UHGV virus genome: UHGV-1493261
Reading direction: 5' to 3' (one strand)
Length of the DNA: 64,000 nucleotides
DNA from: a virus
In this document: in pieces, positions 38,155 through 46,824 of the stretch
Numbering within the stretch: the stretch's first letter is position 1
Layout: every line of letters starts with the position of its first letter
The notes under the pieces: model-generated
The model's input: only the letters and a program-made list of their open reading frames with translations
Told to the model about the DNA's origin: nothing
Database searches by the model: none
Made by a program: the position numbers and the translations under genes

Positions 38155-38172
38155 TCTTACTTCCTCTTTTGA

Positions 38173-39288
38173 TTAAAAATTAAACGGATAACGACGACGG
38201 CCACCATTGTACTCCATTCGCTGTAATATGAAAATTGCGGTGAACGGTAGACAGCCCAGCAGAACAACAATCACAACTTCCCAGGTCTTGAGTTCCCGCC
38301 ACTTCAGGTACTCCATTTCCTTCATCTCAACGCGGTTGTAGCCTTTGGTGATGTTAGCGACAACATCAGCCATGACACCGACACCCATGTCGTGGCCTGT
38401 GAGAGCCATACCATTGCGAGAATGGAGTTCACGGTTATGCATACCATCAGCGAACGAAGTGCTCTTACCCCAGTTGATCTTCATGTCTTTGTTGATGTCG
38501 GTCACGACGATAACGTCGTTCTTTTTACCACCATCCCAAGCATAGACCAAGCCCTGGAAGTATTCAACTGGCTGGCCGGAAGTCACAACCCAGACGATGT
38601 TCACCTGCTTGGCTGCGCCCAGCTTCTTCAGGACATCATTCAGATAGTCGTTCCAGTATGTGGTCGGTAACGCCAGACCAGACACATTCAGTACACGAGT
38701 GACGCGATAGTAGTCATAGACTTCGGGATACTTCGGAATCTTGTCTTTGAAGCGCTCAGCAAACTGCTGGTCTGAACGAGAGAACAGAGAGTCTTTGTTG
38801 CCCAGCACATAATTCATATATGAATGTTCACGTGCCGCAGGTTCCCCGATTTTAACTTGTGCCCAGCGCGGCGGTTGACCAAGACCACGACGATCAATAC
38901 GATCAATCGTCAGATTACCAACAGTCGTCAACACATCCCAGTCCACGTCATACGAATGCTCATAGCATGTGCTGCAATGGCGGGTGCGGGTACATGACTT
39001 GCTGCTACCGGAACCGGAACATGATGTGGTGTAGTAGCAGTTGCATTCATATGAATGCTCACAACTCACCTTATTCCGCTCCTTTGCAGTGACGTACCCG
39101 TTCAGGATCTCAACATCCCCAGAACTGCCAAGGGAGAACGCAGCATAAGTCCCCGCCTGAATCAGACAGGATAGCACCACTACAATCGCGGTCGCTATCA
39201 GAGTCTCTTTCGGCTCATGGGTCTTGCGGTGGTAGGTCACAAACAGGATAGCCAGTACCAATGGCACACCAAACAGGAGGTAGATCAT
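38173..39288 (-). CDS. Membrane protein with Cys-rich extracytoplasmic segment (possible LemA partner)
   Basis: 371 aa. N-terminal TM, C-terminal TM pair, Cys cluster CEHSYECNCYYTTSCSGSGSSKSCTRTRHCSTC. Confidence 0.45.
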   Translation of the reverse strand: MIYLLFGVPLVLAILFVTYHRKTHEPKETLIATAIVVVLSCLIQAGTYAAFSLGSSGDVEILNGYVTAKERNKVSCEHSYECNCYYTTSCSGSGSSKSCTRTRHCSTCYEHSYDVDWDVLTTVGNLTIDRIDRRGLGQPPRWAQVKIGEPAAREHSYMNYVLGNKDSLFSRSDQQFAERFKDKIPKYPEVYDYYRVTRVLNVSGLALPTTYWNDYLNDVLKKLGAAKQVNIVWVVTSGQPVEYFQGLVYAWDGGKKNDVIVVTDINKDMKINWGKSTSFADGMHNRELHSRNGMALTGHDMGVGVMADVVANITKGYNRVEMKEMEYLKWRELKTWEVVIVVLLGCLPFTAIFILQRMEYNGGRRRYPFNF

Positions 39289-39503
39289 TTGGATTCACCG
39301 ACGAGCTGCGCCTTGGTCATCCCAAGGAGTTGATCTTTATGCTCAGGATTGGCGCCGTTCTTTAACAACAAATCCCAACGCTCTTCATGGTACTGTGGGT
39401 CCAGTGCTTCATCAAATGTGATGTGGTGGCGGAACATAATAGTTGCCACTGAATGGACGCAGTGAGCGATTGCGCGCTTCATTGTTCGGGTATTCTTGAT
39501 CAT
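39285..39503 (-). CDS. Hypothetical protein
   Basis: 72-aa ORF overlapping the stop of the upstream gene. Confidence 0.45.
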   Translation of the reverse strand: MIKNTRTMKRAIAHCVHSVATIMFRHHITFDEALDPQYHEERWDLLLKNGANPEHKDQLLGMTKAQLVGESK

Positions 39504-39606
39504 TTGGATTCTCCCATGACGATAACGGAAGCACCAAAAGCCGCTTCCATGTTGAGTAGAGACATATCTTCAATTCGTTGCATTGCCATGATGTATATTC
39601 TTGCAA

Positions 39607-39648
39607 AAAGAAAGGGGAACGGGCTAATAATAACCCATTCCCCTTTAT
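39607..39648 (-). terminator. Intrinsic terminator
   Basis: Minus strand GGGGAATGGG-(loop)-CCCGTTCCCC followed by TTTCTTTTT. Confidence 0.5.
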
Positions 39649-39671
39649 TGAAGGAAGCAACCCCAGTCAGA

Positions 39672-39839
39672 TTACTTTTTCTTCAGCTCTTCCAGTTTGG
39701 CTTCGATTTGTTCTAGGATATCTTTACCCTTCTGAACAATCACTTCACCATCTTGCGCGTGTTTACGGAAGACCAAAGCACCAGCGATGAAGCCGACAAC
39801 CGCGCCAGGAAGCGCATAAACCAGCAGATCTTGTAACAT
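39672..39839 (-). CDS. Small TM protein (55 aa)
   Basis: Not in ORF track. GAGAGGA RBS before ATG; MLQDLLVYALPGAVVGFIAGALVFRKHAQDGEVIVQKGKDILEQIEAKLEELKKK; terminator directly downstream. Confidence 0.45.
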   Translation of the reverse strand: MLQDLLVYALPGAVVGFIAGALVFRKHAQDGEVIVQKGKDILEQIEAKLEELKKK

Positions 39840-39875
39840 GATAATATCCTCTCTTTATAGGCGAGGATATTTATA

Positions 39876-41111
39876 TCAGCGTTTCAAGAGTGCCATGAGG
39901 TTGACGCTGCTGGACTTCGGCTTGTCCTCAACCTTGCGCACAGGCATCTTCAGGTTCGTACATACCTCGGATGGTTCCCAGCGCGTACCCTTTTGCAGGT
40001 GCCAGATATGCAGAGGAACACCAGTCTCAAAGAACACAGGCATCTTCCACTTCTGGACGCCTGGAACGTGCCCTGCAGGAGCCTTTTCACATAACAGGGT
40101 ATCTGGCAGCCAGAGCGAACGGGCTTCCCAGAGCGCTGCGCAGGAGTATTCAGGCCAGACGCGTTCCATGTAGTCTATCTCATCCCAGGTACGCTCTGCG
40201 TCCCACCCGATGTAACGGGTATTCTTCAGTCGGAAGAATTTCTTCAGCCAACAAGCACCGGAGGTTTCAAAGTTCAGGCGGTTGATGAACGTCAGGTGCC
40301 CGAACTCAGCCACACAATCCTGGAACGCCTGCTCAAGGTCGGCCTCAAGGATGTCACACTCTTCATCCGTGATAGGACAACCGTTGATCTTTTTCTTCCC
40401 GTGCTTGGTCACCCAATCGTCACGGTTGGACAAGAACGCCGCACCGTTGCGGTTGGACTCGCTTCCATCACGATCACGCAGCATGAAGCCAGGGACGTCA
40501 ATGGTGTATTCGTTCCCGAAGACCATGTTCAGGGCTTCCAGGAAGTTCCAGGCGCTCAGGCGACCGAAGTATTTCCAGGACATCGCCGTGTCCCACAGCT
40601 GGGTGAATTGTTCTGTCTTATCGATGCACACCAACATCCCACGGAAAGCGTCATATTGAGTACGACCAGCCAGCCAGTCAATATAGGACTGAACACACGG
40701 AATCATCTTGGACTTGCGGTAGCGACAGTCAGTATCGAATCGCATGCGTTCAAAGTTCAGGTTGTACCAGTCTGAGAAGCGCTGCATCTCTTCCTTAGAC
40801 TGAGGCGGCACAGGGAACTCACTGTAGATAGTCCACGGCCCGACGGCGTTATAGCAACAACCCCACAGGAATGCCATCCAGATCTTGCGCTCGACTTTCT
40901 GTTCGAGGCTGATGCCTTCAGTGACTTCGATCGCATAGTCCATCAGACGCATCTGCTGGTTGTGCTCTTCTGTGTAGGACAGCGCCTCCACCCAAGCCTT
41001 GAGCAGGTACATGCGATTCTCAGGTTTACGGTAGTCAACAGCTAGGTCAATCGGGTACTTCCATTCAGTAGGAGGCGTATAGCCCGTCGGCATTTTAGAT
41101 AGATGCGTCAT
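39876..41111 (-). CDS. Hypothetical protein (candidate DNA-modification enzyme by neighbourhood)
   Basis: 411-aa ORF adjacent to a P-loop kinase; no motif recognised. Confidence 0.5.
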   Translation of the reverse strand: MTHLSKMPTGYTPPTEWKYPIDLAVDYRKPENRMYLLKAWVEALSYTEEHNQQMRLMDYAIEVTEGISLEQKVERKIWMAFLWGCCYNAVGPWTIYSEFPVPPQSKEEMQRFSDWYNLNFERMRFDTDCRYRKSKMIPCVQSYIDWLAGRTQYDAFRGMLVCIDKTEQFTQLWDTAMSWKYFGRLSAWNFLEALNMVFGNEYTIDVPGFMLRDRDGSESNRNGAAFLSNRDDWVTKHGKKKINGCPITDEECDILEADLEQAFQDCVAEFGHLTFINRLNFETSGACWLKKFFRLKNTRYIGWDAERTWDEIDYMERVWPEYSCAALWEARSLWLPDTLLCEKAPAGHVPGVQKWKMPVFFETGVPLHIWHLQKGTRWEPSEVCTNLKMPVRKVEDKPKSSSVNLMALLKR

Positions 41112-41586
41112 CTTTCGCTTCCTCTTCAGGAGCCAGCTGAATGTCTTCTGGTTTCACGAACCCCATCGGACGTTCCCACATATCGATAAAGCGACGGTCA
41201 GCGGTCACGAACCACAGACGGGCTGCAGTGTGGGTCTTACTCGAGATGAACATCTGAGCATTCGTCTGGGTACGGAACGGAGCAGCCTGCAACCACTTGC
41301 CGAAGTCTTTGGACGACGGGTTGGCGTTCAGCTGGAACTGAGGGATGACGCAGTTCTTTTCAGGAATCAGGCGCACGGCAGTAATGTGCTTGGCGTTTCC
41401 GGTGTAGTCAATCGCAACAGCCACAGCATCGCGAGGGATTTGAATTTTCATTTTGGTTCCTTGAATATTTTGTAACCAGCAGCGCCGATAGACATCACCG
41501 CGCCAATACAGTACATCACAGTCACGTTCAACTTCTCTGAGGTTGTTAAGTCCAGAGGGGTGAAATGATAAGCTAGGGCAGTACAC
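41095..41586 (-). CDS. Hypothetical protein
   Basis: 163-aa ORF. Confidence 0.5.
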   Translation of the reverse strand: MYCPSLSFHPSGLNNLREVERDCDVLYWRGDVYRRCWLQNIQGTKMKIQIPRDAVAVAIDYTGNAKHITAVRLIPEKNCVIPQFQLNANPSSKDFGKWLQAAPFRTQTNAQMFISSKTHTAARLWFVTADRRFIDMWERPMGFVKPEDIQLAPEEEAKDDASI

Positions 41587-41647
41587 ATTGAAACGGCTGC
41601 CATAACCAGACCAATGAACAACAGATAATTAGACAACCGTTTCATGA

Positions 41648-42565
41648 TCACCCCTTCTTCATCAGGTCAAGGAGAGAGCGCGACGCTGCCTTCGTTGCTT
41701 CTGGCTGGGCGCTCGCCTTGGTTTTAGTTTTGGATGCCTTCTGTGGCTTCTCAGGCACTCTGTGCGCCAAAGGATCCTGGCCGCCGATTTCACGAGTCAT
41801 CGGATTGGTTTCACAGTAGGCGTAAAAGTCTTTGGTGTCCATGTTAACTTCACGCAGTTCGGACCGTATCTGATGACAAATCGCATTACCCACAACCCAC
41901 AGCGGGGCGTCGTATGGGAGCACCGCCAACTCGGACTGCTGTTTGGTCGTGAACTCCTGGGTGTTGGTCTCTGGCGCTTTATACAGGATATCCTGTCCGC
42001 TGTAATCATCAACAGCCACAGTGAAGCCCAGCGCCAGCATTTCGGCCTTCGACTTCTCAAACTCCTTGGAGTAAGATTCGTTGCGCGACCAGCCGGAGTT
42101 CCCTGCTTCTTTACCAGAGCGACCACGGATACGAGCATCGTACTGATAGCGGTCGGGGTACGCAAAGTACAGCAGCGCCAATGATTCAATCGGATAGTTC
42201 TTGAACATCCATTCAGGACGCCATTTGTCCGATAGCATGAGGGGTTCTCCATCACACACCAGAGTGTAACCCTGAACCAACCAGCACTTGATTAGATCAC
42301 GAGCAATATCGCCTGAGCCTGTAGCAGCATGGATTGCATCCATTGAAGTCCAGGAAGCCAGGCCGGATTTGTTAGACACGGTGTACTGTCCAACGAAGAT
42401 TAACTTCAGCTCTCCGAACTTCAAGCCAAACGGGCGAGTCTTGTCACCAACGGTGTAGGTCAGTTCGGTAGGCTCCAGCTTAGTGCGCAGCCATTCGATG
42501 AACTGGACAACACGGGTGCCCTTACCCGTACCGCTGGTTCCTTTCACTACGATAATTTTTGCCAT
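41648..42565 (-). CDS. P-loop kinase (candidate 5-hydroxymethyl-dU DNA kinase)
   Basis: 305 aa. Walker A GTSGTGKGT at the N-terminus; Lys-rich C-terminal tail. Confidence 0.5.
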   Translation of the reverse strand: MAKIIVVKGTSGTGKGTRVVQFIEWLRTKLEPTELTYTVGDKTRPFGLKFGELKLIFVGQYTVSNKSGLASWTSMDAIHAATGSGDIARDLIKCWLVQGYTLVCDGEPLMLSDKWRPEWMFKNYPIESLALLYFAYPDRYQYDARIRGRSGKEAGNSGWSRNESYSKEFEKSKAEMLALGFTVAVDDYSGQDILYKAPETNTQEFTTKQQSELAVLPYDAPLWVVGNAICHQIRSELREVNMDTKDFYAYCETNPMTREIGGQDPLAHRVPEKPQKASKTKTKASAQPEATKAASRSLLDLMKKG

Positions 42566-42870
42566 TACACAGCATCCTCAATACGCCAGCTCACGCCGCC
42601 CAGCCAAGGTGCCCAGAACACAGCAACCTGTGGGCGGCCATTCTCTTCAAACTTAACTTTATACTGGTCGTCGAAGTTATAGAAGATTTCATCTGCTTCA
42701 GAGCGCTGGCCGATCTTCACCAGTACATCATGAAGAGCCTTGGCTGCACCGATAGGAGTTGGAGTCTCCTGCTGACGAATGAAGTTGTTCACATAGATAA
42801 TCACACCATCCATGTCGCTATCACCGGAATGCTTGTCTGGGGTTTCCCCAAACTTGGATTGTTCTTGCAC
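42565..42870 (-). CDS. Hypothetical protein
   Basis: 101-aa ORF; overlapping stop/start. Confidence 0.5.
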   Translation of the reverse strand: MQEQSKFGETPDKHSGDSDMDGVIIYVNNFIRQQETPTPIGAAKALHDVLVKIGQRSEADEIFYNFDDQYKVKFEENGRPQVAVFWAPWLGGVSWRIEDAV

Positions 42871-42879
42871 GATGTCCTC

Positions 42880-43659
42880 CTATCGGACGTATTGATAATG
42901 ACTAATCAGGCGGTTTACCACTTCGACAATATTGCGGTTCAGGAAGTCGAAGTGGTTCTGGCCTTCTACTGGTTTAATATAAAGCATATCTTCCGAATTC
43001 GAAAGATCCAGTTTTTCATAATTGCCCTGAGGAACAAAGATGACAAAGATGTTGTTCAGGCCACACGGCTCGACATACTTCGGATTGTCATCAATCAGGA
43101 CATCGCCAGCCAGCAGATGCTTTTCGTCGGTGCTGACAAACCCGTTGAAGATACCAGGGAACTTATCATAGACAAACTGACGCTTGCTGCGCTCGTGTTC
43201 CGGCTCGCACTTCGACACCGCGATGAATTCAACATTGTCGAAATCTTCAAGCAAGATCTCCTTCAGATTCACCAGGAACTCGTAAGCGCCGGGGAGCGGG
43301 TTCATCTTGGCGTACAGGTCAGGGCGACGCCACCAATCCATAGGATCGTTACCGCTTGGCACACGTTGTTTGTGCATCCCCAATTGGACTTCATGGTATA
43401 GCCACGCCGGATGCGCACGTTCACGCATCAGAATAGCCAGGTCGCCAGCATGGGACATATAACACTCTTTGGTGATCGGCTGGAACTGGTATGACTTATG
43501 TTCCCCCGTAGCGATAGCAGCGGCGGCGATGTTCTCTTCGTTGAACCACTGCACCCAAGGGGAGAGGCTGTCGACCAACGTCAGGTCAACATCCACGAGG
43601 ACGCGATACAGGCCACCGACCTTTGATTTCATATCATAGATACAAACCAGGTTGTTCAT
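42880..43659 (-). CDS. HAD-superfamily 5'(3')-deoxyribonucleotidase-like protein
   Basis: 259 aa; N-terminal LVDVDLTLVDS resembles HAD motif I (D-x-D-x-T). Confidence 0.45.
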   Translation of the reverse strand: MNNLVCIYDMKSKVGGLYRVLVDVDLTLVDSLSPWVQWFNEENIAAAAIATGEHKSYQFQPITKECYMSHAGDLAILMRERAHPAWLYHEVQLGMHKQRVPSGNDPMDWWRRPDLYAKMNPLPGAYEFLVNLKEILLEDFDNVEFIAVSKCEPEHERSKRQFVYDKFPGIFNGFVSTDEKHLLAGDVLIDDNPKYVEPCGLNNIFVIFVPQGNYEKLDLSNSEDMLYIKPVEGQNHFDFLNRNIVEVVNRLISHYQYVR

Positions 43660-43997
43660 TTGTCTTCCTCAACTTTATCGTAGCCTGTAGCAACACACTG
43701 TTCTTCGGTACAATCTGCATACAGAACGACGGAGGCCTGCTTCACGTAGGTGGTGCAGTGGTAAGTTTCGTCTTCCTGGATGGAATCGTCATAGTTGCAG
43801 ACAGTTTGGAGCGGACCCGGAGTAGTGTTGTCCAGTGCTGCATGCGCCTTGATGGTGTCTTCCATCTTGGACACGGCCTGCTCATTGGTGAACGTCGGCG
43901 CGTCAAGGTCTACAGTAGACGCAACGTCCAGAAGGGTGGAACACGCAGTGGTAGAGAAAGCCAGAGCACACACCAGAAGAATCTTATTGAGTTTCAT
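43656..43997 (-). CDS. Putative lipoprotein
   Basis: Start at MKLNKILL with AGGTGA RBS. Signal peptide ILLVCALAFSTTAC with a lipobox-like Cys, followed by 4 further Cys. Confidence 0.5.
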   Translation of the reverse strand: MKLNKILLVCALAFSTTACSTLLDVASTVDLDAPTFTNEQAVSKMEDTIKAHAALDNTTPGPLQTVCNYDDSIQEDETYHCTTYVKQASVVLYADCTEEQCVATGYDKVEEDK

Positions 43998-44026
43998 TTC
44001 AATCACCTGTTTGTCAAAGGGTTAAC

Positions 44027-44052
44027 AGGGGGAATTATATCCCCCTTTGGTT
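44027..44052 (-). terminator. Hairpin / putative terminator
   Basis: AGGGGGA-ATTATA-TCCCCCT with a T-rich flank; sits between the polymerase stop and the lipoprotein start. Confidence 0.4.
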
Positions 44053-44059
44053 TATTGAA

Positions 44060-45641
44060 TCAACCTTTCTTCTTTTGCATCATGGCAAGAAGGTTCACAC
44101 GGCGCTTGTGTGACCAGCCGACCACGTCGAGGATAGACTGAATCGGATCAATGAAGGACTTCTCAAAGGCCGCCTGATAATCCACCCATTTGCCCAGACC
44201 AAGCTCCTCAGGGAAGAACTCAGGATATGCGAAGTAATTCTGGCCGAATGGGTTGCCCGGCTTCAACAACACCATCTGTACCTTATCACCAGACTCGATC
44301 ATCGGTAGACCCAGATCTTCGTTCTTCTCAACCAGACGGTTGTAACCCACACAAGCCTTGGCAGCAAAATGAGCACCAGAGATGAACGATCCGTCAGCAG
44401 CCACACACTTCTCTATGTCGGACACGCCTGACGCCTTGGCGATATCGTCTACAGAGAGTTTCATGTACTCCTCTTTGTACTGGGAGATGAGCGTCTGCAC
44501 TTCCTCTTCGGTGCCGAGTAGGATCTTCTCATAGCACTTAACAAGACGCTCACGACACCATTCCGGCGTGGTGGACTTGCGGGCTTCCAGACCTTTGAAC
44601 TTGATCTTCGGCTTCTCGTACTTGATACCCTCACTGTCGTACACGGCCATGGCATACATCTTCTTGGCTCGCCAGACAGCGGCTGACGCAATGACCTCAC
44701 GCTCCCATACCATGCGCTGTTCAAATCCGTTCATGGTGTTACACAGAAGCTGTGCCCACTCATTGGTCTTCGGCTGGTAGTTGTCTTTGATCCATTGGTC
44801 GATATTATCAACCATAGCATGATGGTCAGTAACATCAGGCCACAACTGCTTGACAAGACGCTCAATGCAGATGTAGTTGGAGTCGGTATCCCCTGCGATG
44901 ACGAAGTCCTGGCCTGTTGTACCACACAGCTTGTTCAGATAGTCATCAGTGTAACGCTTGTTCCACTTGTTGATCAGCTGACCGGATGTGGTGATGGCTT
45001 CGGCAATGTTGAGGTTGAAGTACTCTTTGAACCAGACGTTCGAGATAGCGCCATAACCTGCGTTCATCAAGATCTTCAGACCTTGCTGTAGGGTGTCTTG
45101 AGCAACACCCAGATCTTCCCACTTCTTCATCACTTCGGTCAGGGCATCAAGATCAATGTTCTTGTGCTCTTCATACCACTCTGGGTCATAGTAGCGAGAC
45201 TTCATGGCAGACTCAAGATGGAAGTCGCCCTTCGACATCTCTTTACACCAGCCAGCCCACTGCTCATACTTCAGACCCTTGGCCTTCTCTACTTTACGGT
45301 CGCTGTAGATACCACGCATGATTTCAGACAGGAACGACATCTTCTCGTTGCTGAAGAATTGAACGTTCGGCGTGAACGACACGTTGTAGCGGCGCAGGGT
45401 TTCAAAGTGGAACTCACCCAGGGCAACCAACTCATCAACAACCTGCAGGCGTTCGTCAACCGCACGCAACAGCTTGTCGTGAAGGGCTTTCATCAACCGA
45501 CGTTTGTGCATCGGCGTTGCCATGTTATTCATCTGAGCAGCCAGCTCTTCACACATAGCCTCAATAATCTCACGGCGCTGGTGTTTGTCGCCAACGATAG
45601 TCTCTGGACCGAGGTTGTACTGCTGAATGATGTGTGGATAT
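44060..45641 (-). CDS. DNA polymerase (family B, T4 gp43-like), exon 2
   Basis: Begins YPHIIQQYNLGPETI (completes motif A; T4 SLYPSIIRQVNISPETI). Motif B KILMNAGYG; motif C VIAGDTDS. The first 16 codons of the ORF-track ORF are assigned to the intron. Confidence 0.8.
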
Positions 45642-46824
45642 CGCTTGTGTTCAGGGATGCTCGCTATTTCATCCCCCGTGTTCGTCATTCAGTTTACCGA
45701 ACACTGCTGTATGTCACCATACAGGCCAGACTATATCACAATCTCCAGAACTGTCTAGAGATTCTCTCCATTTCGAGGCGCTTGCCCCTACTCTACTCGC
45801 TTCAGATCAGACGCTTAGTCGTCGGTCTTGCTTTCGATAGTCGTTGAACCTTGTCACCCACTACTTCAAGGAAATCATCTGGGTTTAACCCAGCGTAACC
45901 AAAGAGTCGTTTGAAGTTTCTTGCCAACTTGCCCCACTCTACAGTCTTCTTACCTAAATCCTGTTGTGTCAAGCAATGAGCGGTTATTTCTTCCCCACTC
46001 ATTCTGGCAAACATTTCCTTCCTTTTCTCTAAAGAATCTTTAAATTTCTTCTTCGCTTTCGGATCGGCGTTTGGTCCCACCTGGCCTTTCTTTGCGCCTA
46101 TTATACATTTCAACTCACCACTCAAATATCTCGGGTCTTGCGTTGAAACTTTGATAACACTACCATCCAGGAGTCTTACGGGGACAGTGCCTTTGTGAAC
46201 AAGACTGGAATTGGCTTTAATTCTTTCAGCTGTTTCTTTATCAGCGCCGAAATAAGCCTTACCCTTCATATCTGCCCTTTTAACACCCTTCTTAGATTTG
46301 GATATCTTTCTTCTGACATCTTCCCTCTTCGAAGGATTCCCTTCTCCCGTCAACATTTCAACATTCTTTCTTCTCAATTCCTCACTTAGTTCCCCGTTAT
46401 GGGATTTCATCATGAAGTAGGCGAAGAACGCTGATTTATCTTCTGGTAATGCTTCATGCAATAGGCGATGAGCCTCCACATGATCTTTGTACAACAGGTT
46501 TACGATATTCCATTCTTCTTTAGAGAACTCAGGATAATGCGCCTGGGGCAGTATATGATGGTGCTCACTGTATTCATCACCATCATAACTGTGTTCCTCA
46601 CAGAACTTCAAATATTCTTCTATCTTAGATTCTTCAATTACCAAATCATTTCGATAGAACAGACTCTTGATTTCCTTCATGACCTTACTCCTTCACCGTG
46701 GTTACAGAGTATTTAGGTCTTCGTGGCCGACCTTGGCTGCTGATTATCTCTAAAGAGACTTCCCAGCAATTAAGAGAGTTATTCGATGGTTGTCGCCAAC
46801 CAAAGCCCCTATGCTGCTAACTTA
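45642..46824 (-). mobile_element. Group I intron (inferred) in the DNA polymerase gene, carrying an HNH homing endonuclease
   Basis: Exon 1 stops 5 codons after DLNSL; exon 2 resumes at YPHII. Boundaries placed so the 5' exon ends in U and the intron ends in G, giving DLNSLYPHII. GATATAGTC (S-element-like) lies near the 3' end. Confidence 0.6.
45802..46680 (-). CDS. HNH homing endonuclease (intron-encoded)
   Basis: 292 aa. HNH motif HHILPQAHYPEF...NIVNLLYKDHVEAH; Lys-rich C-terminal DNA-binding region. Confidence 0.75.
   Translation of the reverse strand: MKEIKSLFYRNDLVIEESKIEEYLKFCEEHSYDGDEYSEHHHILPQAHYPEFSKEEWNIVNLLYKDHVEAHRLLHEALPEDKSAFFAYFMMKSHNGELSEELRRKNVEMLTGEGNPSKREDVRRKISKSKKGVKRADMKGKAYFGADKETAERIKANSSLVHKGTVPVRLLDGSVIKVSTQDPRYLSGELKCIIGAKKGQVGPNADPKAKKKFKDSLEKRKEMFARMSGEEITAHCLTQQDLGKKTVEWGKLARNFKRLFGYAGLNPDDFLEVVGDKVQRLSKARPTTKRLI

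Noticed and set aside
37477-38172. Plus-strand 231-aa ORF
   Set aside because: Antisense to the LemA-family gene, which has a family signature; no start context.
42559-43401. Plus-strand 280-aa ORF
   Set aside because: Antisense to the HAD-like and small minus-strand genes in a uniformly minus-strand block.
45098-45847. Plus-strand 249-aa ORF over the polymerase exon 2 / intron junction
   Set aside because: Antisense to polymerase motifs B and C; Leu/Val/His-rich translation typical of the reverse frame.
46468-46716. Plus-strand 82-aa ORF inside the intron
   Set aside because: Antisense to the HNH endonuclease ORF; AT-rich repetitive translation.
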